This document shows positions 20,537 through 30,072 of a stretch of 64,000 nucleotides of DNA, in pieces; position 1 is the stretch's first letter, and every line of letters begins with the position of its first letter. Under the pieces are notes generated by a model. That model saw nothing but the letters and a program-made list of their open reading frames with translations. It was not told the origin of the DNA and did no database searches. The DNA comes from Actinomycetota bacterium (GTDB taxonomy: Bacteria; Actinomycetota; Thermoleophilia; RBG-16-64-13), in contig JAHJSA010000067.1 in the NCBI GenBank assembly GCA_018830645.1, positions 10,919 to 74,918 of the forward strand, in the 5' to 3' direction. The position numbers and the translations under genes are program-made.

Positions 20537-21486
20537 GAGTCCCGCCTCCTGATAGCCACGAGTGTCAGTAGTTCGAACAGAACGGCGGCCCCCGCGAAGG
20601 CGGTGATGGCCGCCGGGTCGTGGGCGGGCAGCACCTCGACCATGTCGGCCCCCACGACGTCGATGCCCGCGAGGCCGCGCAGAAGTTGCTGGGCCTCCCA
20701 GGTGGTGAAGCCGCCCACCTCGGGCGTGCCTGTGCCAGGAGCGAAGGCGGGGTCAAGAAAGTCGATGTCGAAGCTCACAAAAGCCCGCGTGGCACCCACA
20801 CGTGCCTGCGCCTGGGCGATCACCTCGCGCAGGCCCATCTCTCTCATGTCGTCGGTGGTGAGCACGGTGAGGCCCAGGGCCCGGGCGTCGTCGAGGTCGG
20901 AGGCCGCGTAGAGTGGCCCCCTTATGCCCAGCTGGATGCTCTTCTCGGGAGCGATGAGCCCCTCCTCGATGGCGCGTCGGAACGGCGTGCCGTGGTTGAG
21001 GGGGTGGCCGAAGTAGGAGTCCCACGTGTCGGAGTGGGAGTCGAAGTGCACGAGTGCCAACGGGCCGTGCGTTGCCGCCGCCGCCCGGAGCTCGGGCAGG
21101 GCGATGGAATGGTCTCCACCCATGACCAACGGCACGACGCCGGCGGCATACACAGGCCGCAGGTCGGCCTCGATCCTGGTGAACGAATCGGCGATGAACC
21201 CCGGCACCACCGACACGTCTCCCGCATCAACGGCCGAGACGTGCTCGAAGATGTCCACGCCGGCGCCCGCGTTGAAGGGCCGGAGAAGGTGAGAGGCGCT
21301 CCGCACCGCCTCCGGTCCGAAGCGGGCCCCCACTCTGAACGAGGCGCCCGTATCGAACGGCACGCCGAGGAAGGCTACGTCGACCCCTTCGAGATCTCTC
21401 ACCAGAGGCAGGCGCATGAAGGTGCGCACGCCACTGAAGCGTGGTGACTCGAACGAATTAGCGGGTGCGTATCCCTTTGGCGTCAT
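20533..21486 (-). CDS. Agmatinase/ureohydrolase-family enzyme (agmatinase or guanidino-acid hydrolase)
   Basis: Arginase-fold motifs GGDHSI, HFDSHSDTW and SFDIDFLDPAFAPGTGTPE. The start is placed at the internal ATG (MTPKGY). Confidence 0.85.
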   Translation of the reverse strand: MTPKGYAPANSFESPRFSGVRTFMRLPLVRDLEGVDVAFLGVPFDTGASFRVGARFGPEAVRSASHLLRPFNAGAGVDIFEHVSAVDAGDVSVVPGFIADSFTRIEADLRPVYAAGVVPLVMGGDHSIALPELRAAAATHGPLALVHFDSHSDTWDSYFGHPLNHGTPFRRAIEEGLIAPEKSIQLGIRGPLYAASDLDDARALGLTVLTTDDMREMGLREVIAQAQARVGATRAFVSFDIDFLDPAFAPGTGTPEVGGFTTWEAQQLLRGLAGIDVVGADMVEVLPAHDPAAITAFAGAAVLFELLTLVAIRRRDS

Positions 21487-21770
21487 CCTCGTACCCCCTG
21501 AGGCATCGCGGAGCATGTGTGAAGCCCCCGTTGCGGGCGTCGGGCTGTCCTGACCGTCGATCCCAGCCTATCGCAGAATGTCCTCTCCACGTAGGGCCTT
21601 GGGGATGCTGCCGGCGGACCTTCGGCGGGCTCTCGGTGGGTCCCGACCCTTGCCCGCGTGGCTCCGTTCCGTCTGGTACGATGAGAGCCTCGGGCGGGGG
21701 CCGAGTAGGTGCCGCCCGCCCACCCAGCGAAGCCTCGCCCTTCGAGGGGAGGCCGGCACGGAGGACGCAG

Positions 21771-22406
21771 ATGGTGAGCAGGAGGAAGGCGCAGGCGCTT
21801 CACGGGGAGGCACCTGTTGCCTTCACGTTCCTGGTGGAGAAGGCTCTGGAGCTCGGGGCCAGTGCCGCGGCGCTCCTGCCTGCGGAGCAGGTGGTGGTGG
21901 ACGAACGTGTGCGCCTCAAGTGTGCCGTGCCGGTCTGTCCGGGCTACGCCAACTACCTTCACTGCCCTCCTAACACCATGTCGGTGCAGGAGTTCCGCCG
22001 CACGCTCGACCGCTACTCCGTCGCGCTGCTCGTGCAGGTGGAGTCGGCACGGAACTCACTCGATCTGGACGCCGAGGGTATGGGCGGCAAGAGCGTCGTG
22101 GAGCTGGAAGCGGAGCTGCATGGCGACGAGAACCGCGCTTTGGGCAAGTTGGTGACCAAGCTCGAGGCGGAAGCGTTCAAGGCCGGCTACTACTACGCCG
22201 CCGGGTTCACCGGAGGCATCTGCATCCTTTGCCCGGAATGCGTTGACCTGGCGAGCGGCGACCCCTGTCGGCGGCCACTCGAGGCGCGGCCCGCCATGGA
22301 AGCGGTGGGCATCGACGTGTTCAAGACCGCCGCGAACGCCGGCCTGCCCATCAAGCTCTCCTCGGACGAGCCTGTTCGCTGGACTGGGTTGGTGCTGGTG
22401 GAGTAG
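21771..22406 (+). CDS. DUF2284-like Cys-rich predicted metal-binding protein
   Basis: 211 aa from an internal ATG. VDERVRLKCAVPVCPGYANYLHCPP ... ICILCPEC ... RPAMEAVGIDVF. A paralogue lies at 62383-63027. Confidence 0.6.
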   Translation: MVSRRKAQALHGEAPVAFTFLVEKALELGASAAALLPAEQVVVDERVRLKCAVPVCPGYANYLHCPPNTMSVQEFRRTLDRYSVALLVQVESARNSLDLDAEGMGGKSVVELEAELHGDENRALGKLVTKLEAEAFKAGYYYAAGFTGGICILCPECVDLASGDPCRRPLEARPAMEAVGIDVFKTAANAGLPIKLSSDEPVRWTGLVLVE

Positions 22407-22465
22407 CGTCGGGCGCCACCCGGCTCCATCCGGCACCGCCGGACCGGAGGCGCCGGCGCTCGTGG

Positions 22466-22550
22466 GGGGCGCCGAGACCCCCGGGGCGCGCCGGCACTTC
22501 TGGGGCGCCGCCACTTCTGGGGCGCCGCCACGTGTGGGCGCCGGGCGGCC
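22466..22550. repeat. About five tandem ~17-bp units with a GGGGCGCC core
   Basis: ggggcgccgagaccccc / ggggcgcgccggcacttct / ggggcgccgccacttct / ggggcgccgccacgtgt / gggcgccgggcgg. Confidence 0.75.
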
Positions 22551-22580
22551 TCTTGTCCGAGGCGCGCCGTTCTGCCAGCC

Positions 22581-22988
22581 CTACTCCTTGGTCAGCTTGA
22601 TGCTGACGTCTTTCGGCAAGGCCAGACCCGCCGCCGATTCGGCCGCCTTCAGGATGCCTGAGCCCACCGGGCAGGTGACGTGCCGCACGCAACCGGACAG
22701 CACCTCATACACGTGCCCATGACCGAGACCCGCCTTGAGCTCTTCCAGCATGTCCATCTCGGGCAACTGCTCGGCCGCTTTGCGGATCTGTGGGCAGTCG
22801 CTCTCGATGTCGAGCTTCACCTTGCGCATCGATTCAGCTTCCGCACGCACCGTCGTGTTGAAGCCGCAGATGCCGGCGTCGATCTCGGCGCGTACGGTGG
22901 CGGTGGCGACTCCCGTGGTGCGTGGGGTCTTCTTCTCGGTGGCGGTCGTTTCCGCAACGGCGGTTTCGTGGGGCTCGCTGCTCGTCAT
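22581..22988 (-). CDS. Hypothetical small protein with four Cys residues
   Basis: 135-aa ORF. GICGFNTT..SDCPQ..SGCVRHVTCPVGSGILKAAESAAGLALP. I cannot name the family. Confidence 0.5.
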   Translation of the reverse strand: MTSSEPHETAVAETTATEKKTPRTTGVATATVRAEIDAGICGFNTTVRAEAESMRKVKLDIESDCPQIRKAAEQLPEMDMLEELKAGLGHGHVYEVLSGCVRHVTCPVGSGILKAAESAAGLALPKDVSIKLTKE

Positions 22989-23162
22989 CTCGATCCTCCT
23001 CGCGCATCGCCGTGCGGCGGGTGGCGTTCGCGCATCTTGGGTTGCGTTCGCGCGCGCGAACGCGCCGATCTCAGCATCGGTGGAGCGGCTATCCTTCGTC
23101 TTGCCGATTATACCCTATGGGGTATGCGATGGGCAGAGTCGAGCCTCCTGCCGCCGTGCGGC

Positions 23163-23236
23163 GGGTGGGCGGCGCCACATCCCGGCAGCGCCGGGTGCTG
23201 GGTGGGCGGCGCCACATGCCCGCGGCGCCGGGTGGT
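23163..23236. repeat. 2 x 37-bp tandem repeat with a GGCGGCGCCACAT core
   Basis: gggtgggcggcgccacatcccggcagcgccgggtgct / gggtgggcggcgccacatgcccgcggcgccgggtggt. The core is in inverted orientation relative to the 22466-22550 array. Confidence 0.75.
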
Positions 23237-23249
23237 GGTGCGCCCCCGA

Positions 23250-23582
23250 TCAACCCTCTCCGCGGTGGAGATGCAAGAGGAACACGGAGTCTTCGACGGC
23301 GTCGACCGCGTGGTTGAGGTGCGCCGGCATGAAGATGTAGGTGCCGGGAGGCGCGTCGTGCCGGTCTTCGCCCAGCAGCACCGAGCACGTGCCCTCCAGA
23401 ACGTGGATGGAAGCCGGCATGCTCGCCGTGTGCTCAGAGAGCGACTGCCCGGCCGACATGGCGAACAGGACGATCTTCACGCGGGGTTCGTCGATCAGGG
23501 TCTTGCTGACGATGCCGTCGGTGGCATACTCGGTCATGGTTCCCAGGTCGCCGACCCATGGTGTGGTGCGCGCTTCGCTCAT
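23250..23582 (-). CDS. Cupin-domain protein
   Basis: AGQSLSEHTASMPASIHVLEG...GTYIFMPAHLNHAV. Start placed at the internal ATG (MSEARTT). Confidence 0.7.
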   Translation of the reverse strand: MSEARTTPWVGDLGTMTEYATDGIVSKTLIDEPRVKIVLFAMSAGQSLSEHTASMPASIHVLEGTCSVLLGEDRHDAPPGTYIFMPAHLNHAVDAVEDSVFLLHLHRGEG

Positions 23583-23598
23583 CGCGGATGCCTCCCTT

Positions 23599-24303
23599 TC
23601 AAGCCTTCGATGACACCTTCGGCGCCGAGCCGGTGTTGATTCCAATCACCACGGTCGCCACTTCTTTGCCCGGGCTACCCATCAGGTCACGGATGTACTC
23701 GTCGGCGAGACCGGAGGGCGTACCCATGCCGCATGTGGTCAGATCGTTGTCGGAACCCGGCAGCGGGACACACATGAAGGGCATCACGAAACGTCCCTTA
23801 CCCTTGGGCTTGGGGTCCTTGTAGAGCACGAAGTCGGGTGAGAGGAAGATGGCTCGTCCGCTCCGTTTGACCTCTTCGCGCCGGCTCTCTGCCAGCCACT
23901 CCCCGATCACCTGGCCGTCGTCGTCGAGCATGATGGTCCAGGGCTCGGGCGGATCCTCGAGCATGGGACCGGTGAGGGCGGCGAAGGCCATCTCGCAGGC
24001 CATCGCTTCCCGCATGCCCTCGTTCACGAACTCGAACATGCCCCCCGCCGCGCCGCCAACCTCGGCCTCGGTCTCGAGGCTCGCGATGCGCGCGCGCTCG
24101 TCGTCGCTGAGGAGCCTGATCTCGAGCACCTCGGCGAGGCACCGCAACGCCCCCTTGACCGCCTCCTCCAGGCCAGGCCTCACGGCCGGAACGCCCGGGT
24201 CGCCCGGGCCTACCGGGCCTACCGGGTCGCCCGGGTCGCCCGCGACGCCCGGGTCGTCGGTCTCAGATGCGGTTGTGGGATCGTTCTTCTGGGGATCGGT
24301 CAT
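23599..24303 (-). CDS. Hypothetical protein with a Pro/Gly/Asp-rich N-terminus
   Basis: 234-aa ORF co-directional with pucR and the cupin gene. No recognisable motif. Confidence 0.45.
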   Translation of the reverse strand: MTDPQKNDPTTASETDDPGVAGDPGDPVGPVGPGDPGVPAVRPGLEEAVKGALRCLAEVLEIRLLSDDERARIASLETEAEVGGAAGGMFEFVNEGMREAMACEMAFAALTGPMLEDPPEPWTIMLDDDGQVIGEWLAESRREEVKRSGRAIFLSPDFVLYKDPKPKGKGRFVMPFMCVPLPGSDNDLTTCGMGTPSGLADEYIRDLMGSPGKEVATVVIGINTGSAPKVSSKA

Positions 24304-24358
24304 GCCCTCACCTGCCTTGTTCGCGTGTGCGCCGTCTGCGGCGGCGGCGCTTCGTCGC

Positions 24359-26014
24359 CTACGATAACGTGCGTCTTCCGGCCAGCAGTTCCCGCGCCCG
24401 GAGACCCAGGCCGATCGCCACGAGGTCGTCGGTGACCGCGAGACTGCGGCCGAGGATCTCTTCGATGCGCGCGATGCGCTTCGCCAGCGTGTTCCTGTGC
24501 ATGTGCAGGGTCTCGGCGGTGCGGTTCAGCGAGCGCTCTTGCGTCAGGAAGACCTCGAGCGTGCGCAGGAGCTGGGTGCGACGTTCGCGGTCGTGGTCGT
24601 CAAGGAGCGCGATGGTCTCTTCGTAGATCGCCGCGAGGCCCTCGGGGCTTTGGGAGTCTAGCAGACGGCTCTGTGGGTGCACGAGGTCGAAGAAGCGGGT
24701 GCGCAGCCCTTCCACGGGCTTGGTGAGGCCCAACGCTTCGCGGGCCTGGCGGAAGGCGGTGGCGGCACCGGTCGCGCCCGTCGCGGCGGCGGACACCCCC
24801 ACGCTCAATGTCACGGGGGCCAGGTTCTCCTCGACGGCCTCTCGCAGCGATACCAGGGTGCGTTCCGCCGAGGCCACACTCGTATCGGTGAATTGCACCA
24901 GGGTCACGACGGAGTCGCTCTTTAGCATGGTGAGGAACGGAAGCCCTTGGCCCGCGAGGAAGGAGTCCACGGCCTCGAGGAGCGTGTTCTTGAACTCCTG
25001 CATGCGCGTCTCGCGTTGCGCGGGGTGCCCCTCGGCCGGGAAACGCTCGGTGAAGGAGTCCACGTCGAGCACGGCGATCCTCCACGGCTTCTCGGGAGCC
25101 AGGTCGTACTGGCGCATCCGTGCGGAGAGCTCTGTCTCGGTGCCGATGCCCGACACGAGATCGTCCATGAGTCCGGTGCGCATGCGGCGCTGGAGATCGG
25201 CCACGTCGCGGTTGCGCAGCACATCCAGAGTAAGCAGCTTCTGGGCGAACGACAATGTGGTCTCGGCCAATTCGGGGATGGGGCGGTTGGCGTACGCGGC
25301 GAGCAGCACCCGCTCCACGACTCCGTGGAGCGAGACCTCCCTGTAGGACACGCGGAAACCGGACGATTGAAAAGCGGGAAGGATCTCCCTCCTCCCTCGG
25401 TGTTCGAGGTAGCGCTCCCACAAGGTGGCCATCCCGCGCGACGAGAACCGGGCCTGGCCTCTCGCCACCGTGAGGAGGGAGCCGCGGCCGTCGTAGAGCA
25501 GCACCGTGGTCTCCAACAGATGGGCGAGTTGCTGCACCAGCTCCTCGACTCCCCGCTCCTCGATCAGGAGTTCGAGGAGGTGGCTCTGCACCGCCATGCT
25601 GCGCCGAAGGCGGTAGGTGTCGCGCGAGGCGAGAGCATCGTATACGTAGGCGCTGACTCGTCTGAACGGCACGTCCATGGGAAGCGTGAAGAGCGGGAAG
25701 GAGATCTCTTCGGCGCGCTGCACCATCGTAGGGGGGAGCGTCGTGAGGTAGTGGCCGAGCGCGATACCGAGACCCGACATGCCCGCGACGCTCAGCGTCT
25801 CCACGAGCCTCACGCCGGCGGTGTGATCGGTGTCGATGTTGAGCCCGGTCGTGAGAAGGATGCTGCTCGGCACCATCCACGGCGTGGGGTCGTCGAGCTC
25901 GGAGAGGTGTATGCCATCGACGGCGCGGCCGAAGGATCGTGAACCCGCCTGCGCCTCCAGTCGGAACTCCGGCTCCGCCAAGAGATCGCGCACCGTGAGG
26001 GGGGAGGAACTCAT
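24359..26014 (-). CDS. PucR/CdaR-family transcriptional regulator
   Basis: C-terminal HTH LRTLEVFLTQERSLNRTAETLHMHRNTLAKRIARIEEILG. Start placed at MSSSPLTVRDLL. Confidence 0.8.
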   Translation of the reverse strand: MSSSPLTVRDLLAEPEFRLEAQAGSRSFGRAVDGIHLSELDDPTPWMVPSSILLTTGLNIDTDHTAGVRLVETLSVAGMSGLGIALGHYLTTLPPTMVQRAEEISFPLFTLPMDVPFRRVSAYVYDALASRDTYRLRRSMAVQSHLLELLIEERGVEELVQQLAHLLETTVLLYDGRGSLLTVARGQARFSSRGMATLWERYLEHRGRREILPAFQSSGFRVSYREVSLHGVVERVLLAAYANRPIPELAETTLSFAQKLLTLDVLRNRDVADLQRRMRTGLMDDLVSGIGTETELSARMRQYDLAPEKPWRIAVLDVDSFTERFPAEGHPAQRETRMQEFKNTLLEAVDSFLAGQGLPFLTMLKSDSVVTLVQFTDTSVASAERTLVSLREAVEENLAPVTLSVGVSAAATGATGAATAFRQAREALGLTKPVEGLRTRFFDLVHPQSRLLDSQSPEGLAAIYEETIALLDDHDRERRTQLLRTLEVFLTQERSLNRTAETLHMHRNTLAKRIARIEEILGRSLAVTDDLVAIGLGLRARELLAGRRTLS

Positions 26015-26032
26015 GTGCACGACGCTGTGAGT

Positions 26033-26060
26033 AGTGGCGACATGTGTGCATGTTACCACT
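26033..26060. promoter_or_regulatory. Imperfect inverted repeat in the pucR / mmsA divergent region (candidate operator)
   Basis: AGTGGCGACATG-tgtg-CATGTTACCACT, with 10 of 12 arm positions complementary. Confidence 0.35.
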
Positions 26061-26196
26061 GGACCGTATTCAGAAACAGCGAGTAGTCTGGTAGGCACCA
26101 GGGCAGCCAGGAGGTGGCGGCCCGCACCCGGGGGGGAAGGCGAGCCGGCGAGTCCGGTTGGTCCCGAGAGACCCCACCGTGCTAGGAGGTAGATAC

Positions 26197-27735
26197 GTGA
26201 CTACGACAGAACCCATTGTGTTGATCCCGGAGTTCAAGGCGCACTACGGCAGCACCCCCAACTACATCAACGGCGAGTTCGTGCCGTCGGAGAGCACGCG
26301 TATACTCCCGATCGAGAACCCCGCGACCGGCAAAGAGATCGGCAGCGTCCCGCTGTCCACCGCGTCTGAAGTCGACAAGGCCGCTCTGGCCGCTCAGGCC
26401 GCCTTCGACAGTTGGCGCCGCGTCCCGCCCCAGACCCGCGTGCAGTACCTCTACAAGATGAAGGCCGCCATGGAAGCCCGCTTCGAGGACCTCGTGCGCG
26501 TGGTCACCCAGGAGCACGGCAAGACCTACGAAGAGGCCCAGGGCGATGTCAGCCGCGGCATCGAGCACCTCGAGGTCGCCTGCGGCATGCCGTCCCTCTT
26601 GATGGGATACAACCTTGAGGATGGGGCGGCTCCCGGCATCGACGAGGAGATGATCCGTCAGCCGCTCGGAGTGTTCGCCTGCATCGCCCCCTTCAACTTC
26701 CCGATGATGGTGCCGTTCTGGTTCTGGCCCTACGCCATCGCCGCCGGGAACACCTACATCGTCAAGCCTTCCGAGCAGGCTCCGATCAGCCAGAGGATGG
26801 TGTTCGAGCTCCTCGATGAGATCGGTCTTCCCGCCGGCGTCATGAACATGGTGAACGGCGACAAGGAAGTGGTCGACGCCCTGCTGCACCACCCGCTGAT
26901 CAAAGGCATCTCGTTCGTGGGCTCCACGCACGTGGGCCACTACGTCTACCACGAAGGCGCCAAGCACAAGAAGCGCGTGCAGGCCCAGGCAGGCGCCAAG
27001 AACCATCTGGTGGTCATGCCCGACGCCGTGCTCGAGAAGGCGTCGCAGAACTGGATCAACTCCTTCTTCGGCTGTGCCGGTGAGCGTTGCCTGGCCGGCT
27101 CCGTGCTGGTGTGCGTGGGCGACGAGGTTCACGCCCAGGCGTCGGCGGCGTTCAAGGAGCGGGCGGCCCAGGTCACGGTCGGCTACGGCCTCGACGAGCG
27201 CGTCGGGATGGGCCCAGTCATCAGCGCCAAGGCCAAAGAGCGCATCCTCGGCCTGATCGAGAAAGGCATCGAGGAAGGCGCCACACTGCTGCTTGACGGG
27301 CGCAGCCCCGAGGTCGTCACCCCGGGGTGTGAGGAAGGCTACTTCATCGGCCCCACCATCTTCGACAACGTGACTCCCGATATGACCATCGCCCAGGAGG
27401 AGATCTTCGGCCCCGTCGCCTGCATCATGAAGGTGGACACCCTGGACGAGGCTCTCAAGATCATCGAGGAGAGTCCCTTCGGTAACGCCGCCTCCATCTA
27501 CACGCAGGACGGCTTCACCGCCCGCAAGTTCAAGTATGAGGCGGACGCCGGCAACATCGGCATCAACATCGGCGTGCCCGCGGCCATGGCCTACTTCCCC
27601 TTCGCCGGCCGGAAGGACTCCTTCTTCGGCGATCTGCACGGCATGGGTCGCGACGCCATCGACTTCTTCACCGACAAGAAGGTGGTCGTGAACCGTTGGA
27701 TCTGGGACTCGAAGACCATGGGAACCTGGAGCTAG
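26197..27735 (+). CDS. mmsA: CoA-acylating methylmalonate-semialdehyde dehydrogenase (ALDH family)
   Basis: GTG start 8 nt after AGGAGG. ALDH motifs plus FPFAGRKDSFFGDLHGMGRDAIDFFTDKKVV, which is typical of MmsA. Confidence 0.85.
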   Translation: MTTTEPIVLIPEFKAHYGSTPNYINGEFVPSESTRILPIENPATGKEIGSVPLSTASEVDKAALAAQAAFDSWRRVPPQTRVQYLYKMKAAMEARFEDLVRVVTQEHGKTYEEAQGDVSRGIEHLEVACGMPSLLMGYNLEDGAAPGIDEEMIRQPLGVFACIAPFNFPMMVPFWFWPYAIAAGNTYIVKPSEQAPISQRMVFELLDEIGLPAGVMNMVNGDKEVVDALLHHPLIKGISFVGSTHVGHYVYHEGAKHKKRVQAQAGAKNHLVVMPDAVLEKASQNWINSFFGCAGERCLAGSVLVCVGDEVHAQASAAFKERAAQVTVGYGLDERVGMGPVISAKAKERILGLIEKGIEEGATLLLDGRSPEVVTPGCEEGYFIGPTIFDNVTPDMTIAQEEIFGPVACIMKVDTLDEALKIIEESPFGNAASIYTQDGFTARKFKYEADAGNIGINIGVPAAMAYFPFAGRKDSFFGDLHGMGRDAIDFFTDKKVVVNRWIWDSKTMGTWS

Positions 27736-27795
27736 GAACCAAGCCGTTCGACGGGCCGGCCGCATGGCCGGCCCGAAGGGCGTTCACACAGGACG

Positions 27796-29160
27796 ATGGA
27801 GGCGGTGCGCATGACAACTGACACGCAGATGTCGGCTCAGGAGATCGTGGAACTCACGAAGAAGCACACCTTCTTCTCCTGGTCGGTGCAGTCGCAGGTG
27901 GATCCCATCCCGATGGTCCGCGCTAAAGGCGTGCACTTCTGGGATGCGCACGGGAAGCGCTACATCGACATGAACTCCCAACTGATGTGCGTGAACATCG
28001 GCCACGGAGACGAGCGGGTCATCGAGGCCATCAAGGCCCAGGCCGAGGAACTCCCCTACGCCGGCCCCGGCATGGCCACGCGGGTGCGCGCCGAGATCGG
28101 CCCCATGCTGGCCGAGATCACCCCCGGTGACCTCGACATGTTCTTCTTCACGCTTGGCGGCTCCGAGGCCAACGAGAACGCCATCAAGATGGCCCGCGCC
28201 TACACCGGCCGCCACAAGATCATGGTGCGCTACCGCTCCTACCACGGAGCGACCGCCGGGTCCATGACTCTCACCGGCGACCCGCGACGTTGGGCGAATG
28301 AGCCCGGCATGCCCGGCGTGATCAGGGTCTTCGACCCCTACAAGTACCGCAGCCAGCTGTACACCGAGGGCGACAGCGACCAGGTCTTCTCGCAGAAGTG
28401 TCTCGACCAGATCGAAGAAGTGATGATGTACGAGGGTCCGGAGACCATCGCCGCGGTCTTCATCGAGCCGGTCACCGGCACCAACGGCATCATCGTGCCG
28501 CCGGAGGGCTACCTGCAGGGCCTCCGCGCGCTGTGCGACACGTACGGCATCCTCCTGGTGGCCGATGAGGTCATGGCCGGCCTCGGCCGTTGCGGCGAGT
28601 GGTTCGCCGTCGACCGTTGGAACGTCGTGCCCGACATCATCACCATGGCCAAGGGTCTCACCTCCGCCTACATGCCCCTGGGCGCCGTCGCCATCAACGG
28701 GAAGCTGCGCGAGTACTTCAACGACCACAAGTTCTACGGTGGGCTCACCTACAACGCCCACCCCATGTCGCTGGCGGCCGCTGTGGCCAACCTCAAGGTC
28801 ATGCACGAGGACGACCTGGTGGGGAACGCCCGCCGCATGGGTGTCCTCATGGCCGACCTGATGGCCGACCTCAAGGCGAAGCACCCGTCGGTGGGCGACG
28901 TACGTTCGATCGGCCTGTTCGGGGTGATCGAGCTGGTGCGGAACCGCCAAACCAAGGAGCCCATGGCCCCCTTCAACGGCAGCAGCCCTGAGATGGCGAA
29001 GCTGGGCGCCTTCCTGAAGGAGAACGGCCTGTTCGTCTTCGTGAACTGGAACAATCTGTTCAGCAACCCGCCGCTCTGCATCACGGAGGCGGAGATGCGC
29101 GAGGCCTACGAGGTCTTTGACGCGGCCCTCGCCATCACCGACGAAGGAGTCACCGGGTAG
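27796..29160 (+). CDS. Class III (omega) aminotransferase
   Basis: 454 aa with a PLP fold. LLVADEVMAGLGRCG and ITMAKGLTS (Schiff-base Lys). Confidence 0.85.
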   Translation: MEAVRMTTDTQMSAQEIVELTKKHTFFSWSVQSQVDPIPMVRAKGVHFWDAHGKRYIDMNSQLMCVNIGHGDERVIEAIKAQAEELPYAGPGMATRVRAEIGPMLAEITPGDLDMFFFTLGGSEANENAIKMARAYTGRHKIMVRYRSYHGATAGSMTLTGDPRRWANEPGMPGVIRVFDPYKYRSQLYTEGDSDQVFSQKCLDQIEEVMMYEGPETIAAVFIEPVTGTNGIIVPPEGYLQGLRALCDTYGILLVADEVMAGLGRCGEWFAVDRWNVVPDIITMAKGLTSAYMPLGAVAINGKLREYFNDHKFYGGLTYNAHPMSLAAAVANLKVMHEDDLVGNARRMGVLMADLMADLKAKHPSVGDVRSIGLFGVIELVRNRQTKEPMAPFNGSSPEMAKLGAFLKENGLFVFVNWNNLFSNPPLCITEAEMREAYEVFDAALAITDEGVTG

Positions 29161-29230
29161 TCTGCGCGATGGCCAGGGCCGCTCCGCACCGCCGGTCGTT
29201 CGGATCCAAGGTCGGCCCGAGTCTTCCCCA

Positions 29231-29267
29231 CCGCTCCGCCCGCCGCTCCCCCCGGCGGGCGGAGCGG
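29231..29267 (+). terminator. Strong hairpin downstream of the aminotransferase gene
   Basis: Perfect 15-bp stem ccgctccgcccgccg / cggcgggcggagcgg, 7-nt loop, followed by ttcctcatttcc. Confidence 0.6.
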
Positions 29268-29399
29268 TTCCTCATTTCCGGGGCTCCGAGCACCCGTGCC
29301 GCCGCTTCGCCCACTCCTGATTGACGGCCTCCCTGCGCTGGCGGATCGGGGCCTCGCCGACGCTCAGATCGCGCCTTGGGAGAGGCCGAAGACATACTG

Positions 29400-29798
29400 T
29401 CAGGCCCGCCGTGCGCCGCGGATGGCGAGCACGAGACGGACAGCCTCCGCGATGGCGTCCATGTCGTCCGCAGTCGCTGTCCCCCATCGTTCCCGCAGCC
29501 GGTCCTTGCTGATGGTGAGAATCTGCTCGCACTTGACGAACGATGGTGCGCGCAGTCCGTTCTCCTGGGTCGGAGTCAACGGAATGTGAAAGGGGACGTT
29601 CCGGCCGGACGTGCTCACCGCAAGCACGATGACGTTCGGATACTTCTGGTTCCGGCAGGCGGCGTCGGTCTGGATGACGAGCGCCGGCCTCAATCCCGTC
29701 TGCTCTGAGCCGCGGCCTGGGGTCCAGTCCACGGTCCAGATCTCGCCGCGACGGATCACCTGGCCCGTCGAAGCTGCGTCCTCCGGGACCCTAGTCAT
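29400..29798 (-). CDS. mazF: MazF/PemK-family endoribonuclease toxin
   Basis: RRGEIWTVDWTPGRGSEQTGLRPALVIQTD...SFVKCEQILTISKDRL. Confidence 0.8.
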   Translation of the reverse strand: MTRVPEDAASTGQVIRRGEIWTVDWTPGRGSEQTGLRPALVIQTDAACRNQKYPNVIVLAVSTSGRNVPFHIPLTPTQENGLRAPSFVKCEQILTISKDRLRERWGTATADDMDAIAEAVRLVLAIRGARRA

Positions 29799-30072
29799 CG
29801 AGGGATGTCGCATGTTCGTCGGGCGGTCGGCCGCTGACCGTCTCTTGCTGCGCAGCCCAGGAGAACGAGACGTCGCCCATCGTTGCATCAGCTCCCACCT
29901 CGCCGAAAGCCGCGAAGAGAGCTGCCTCCTCCTCTTCAGCGACAACGAGTTCGAGACCCTCGATCACCAGTTCGTTGAGAGTGATGTTGCGTCGTTCTAC
30001 CACGGTCTTCCCCCGTTCGTACAGATCCGCGGGCAGACGGACTGTGAGGGCCTTGGCCTTGTCGGCGGGCAT
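29791..30072 (-). CDS. Ribbon-helix-helix antitoxin
   Basis: MPADKAKALTVRLPADLYERGKTVVERRNITLNELVIEGLE. Overlaps the mazF start by 8 nt. Confidence 0.65.
   Translation of the reverse strand: MPADKAKALTVRLPADLYERGKTVVERRNITLNELVIEGLELVVAEEEEAALFAAFGEVGADATMGDVSFSWAAQQETVSGRPPDEHATSLDD

Noticed and set aside
22466-23236. Possible CRISPR array, also considered for the other tandem repeats at 33565, 38058 and 41755.
   Set aside because: The units are 12-37 bp and directly abutting, with no unique spacers. There are only 2-5 copies and no cas genes.
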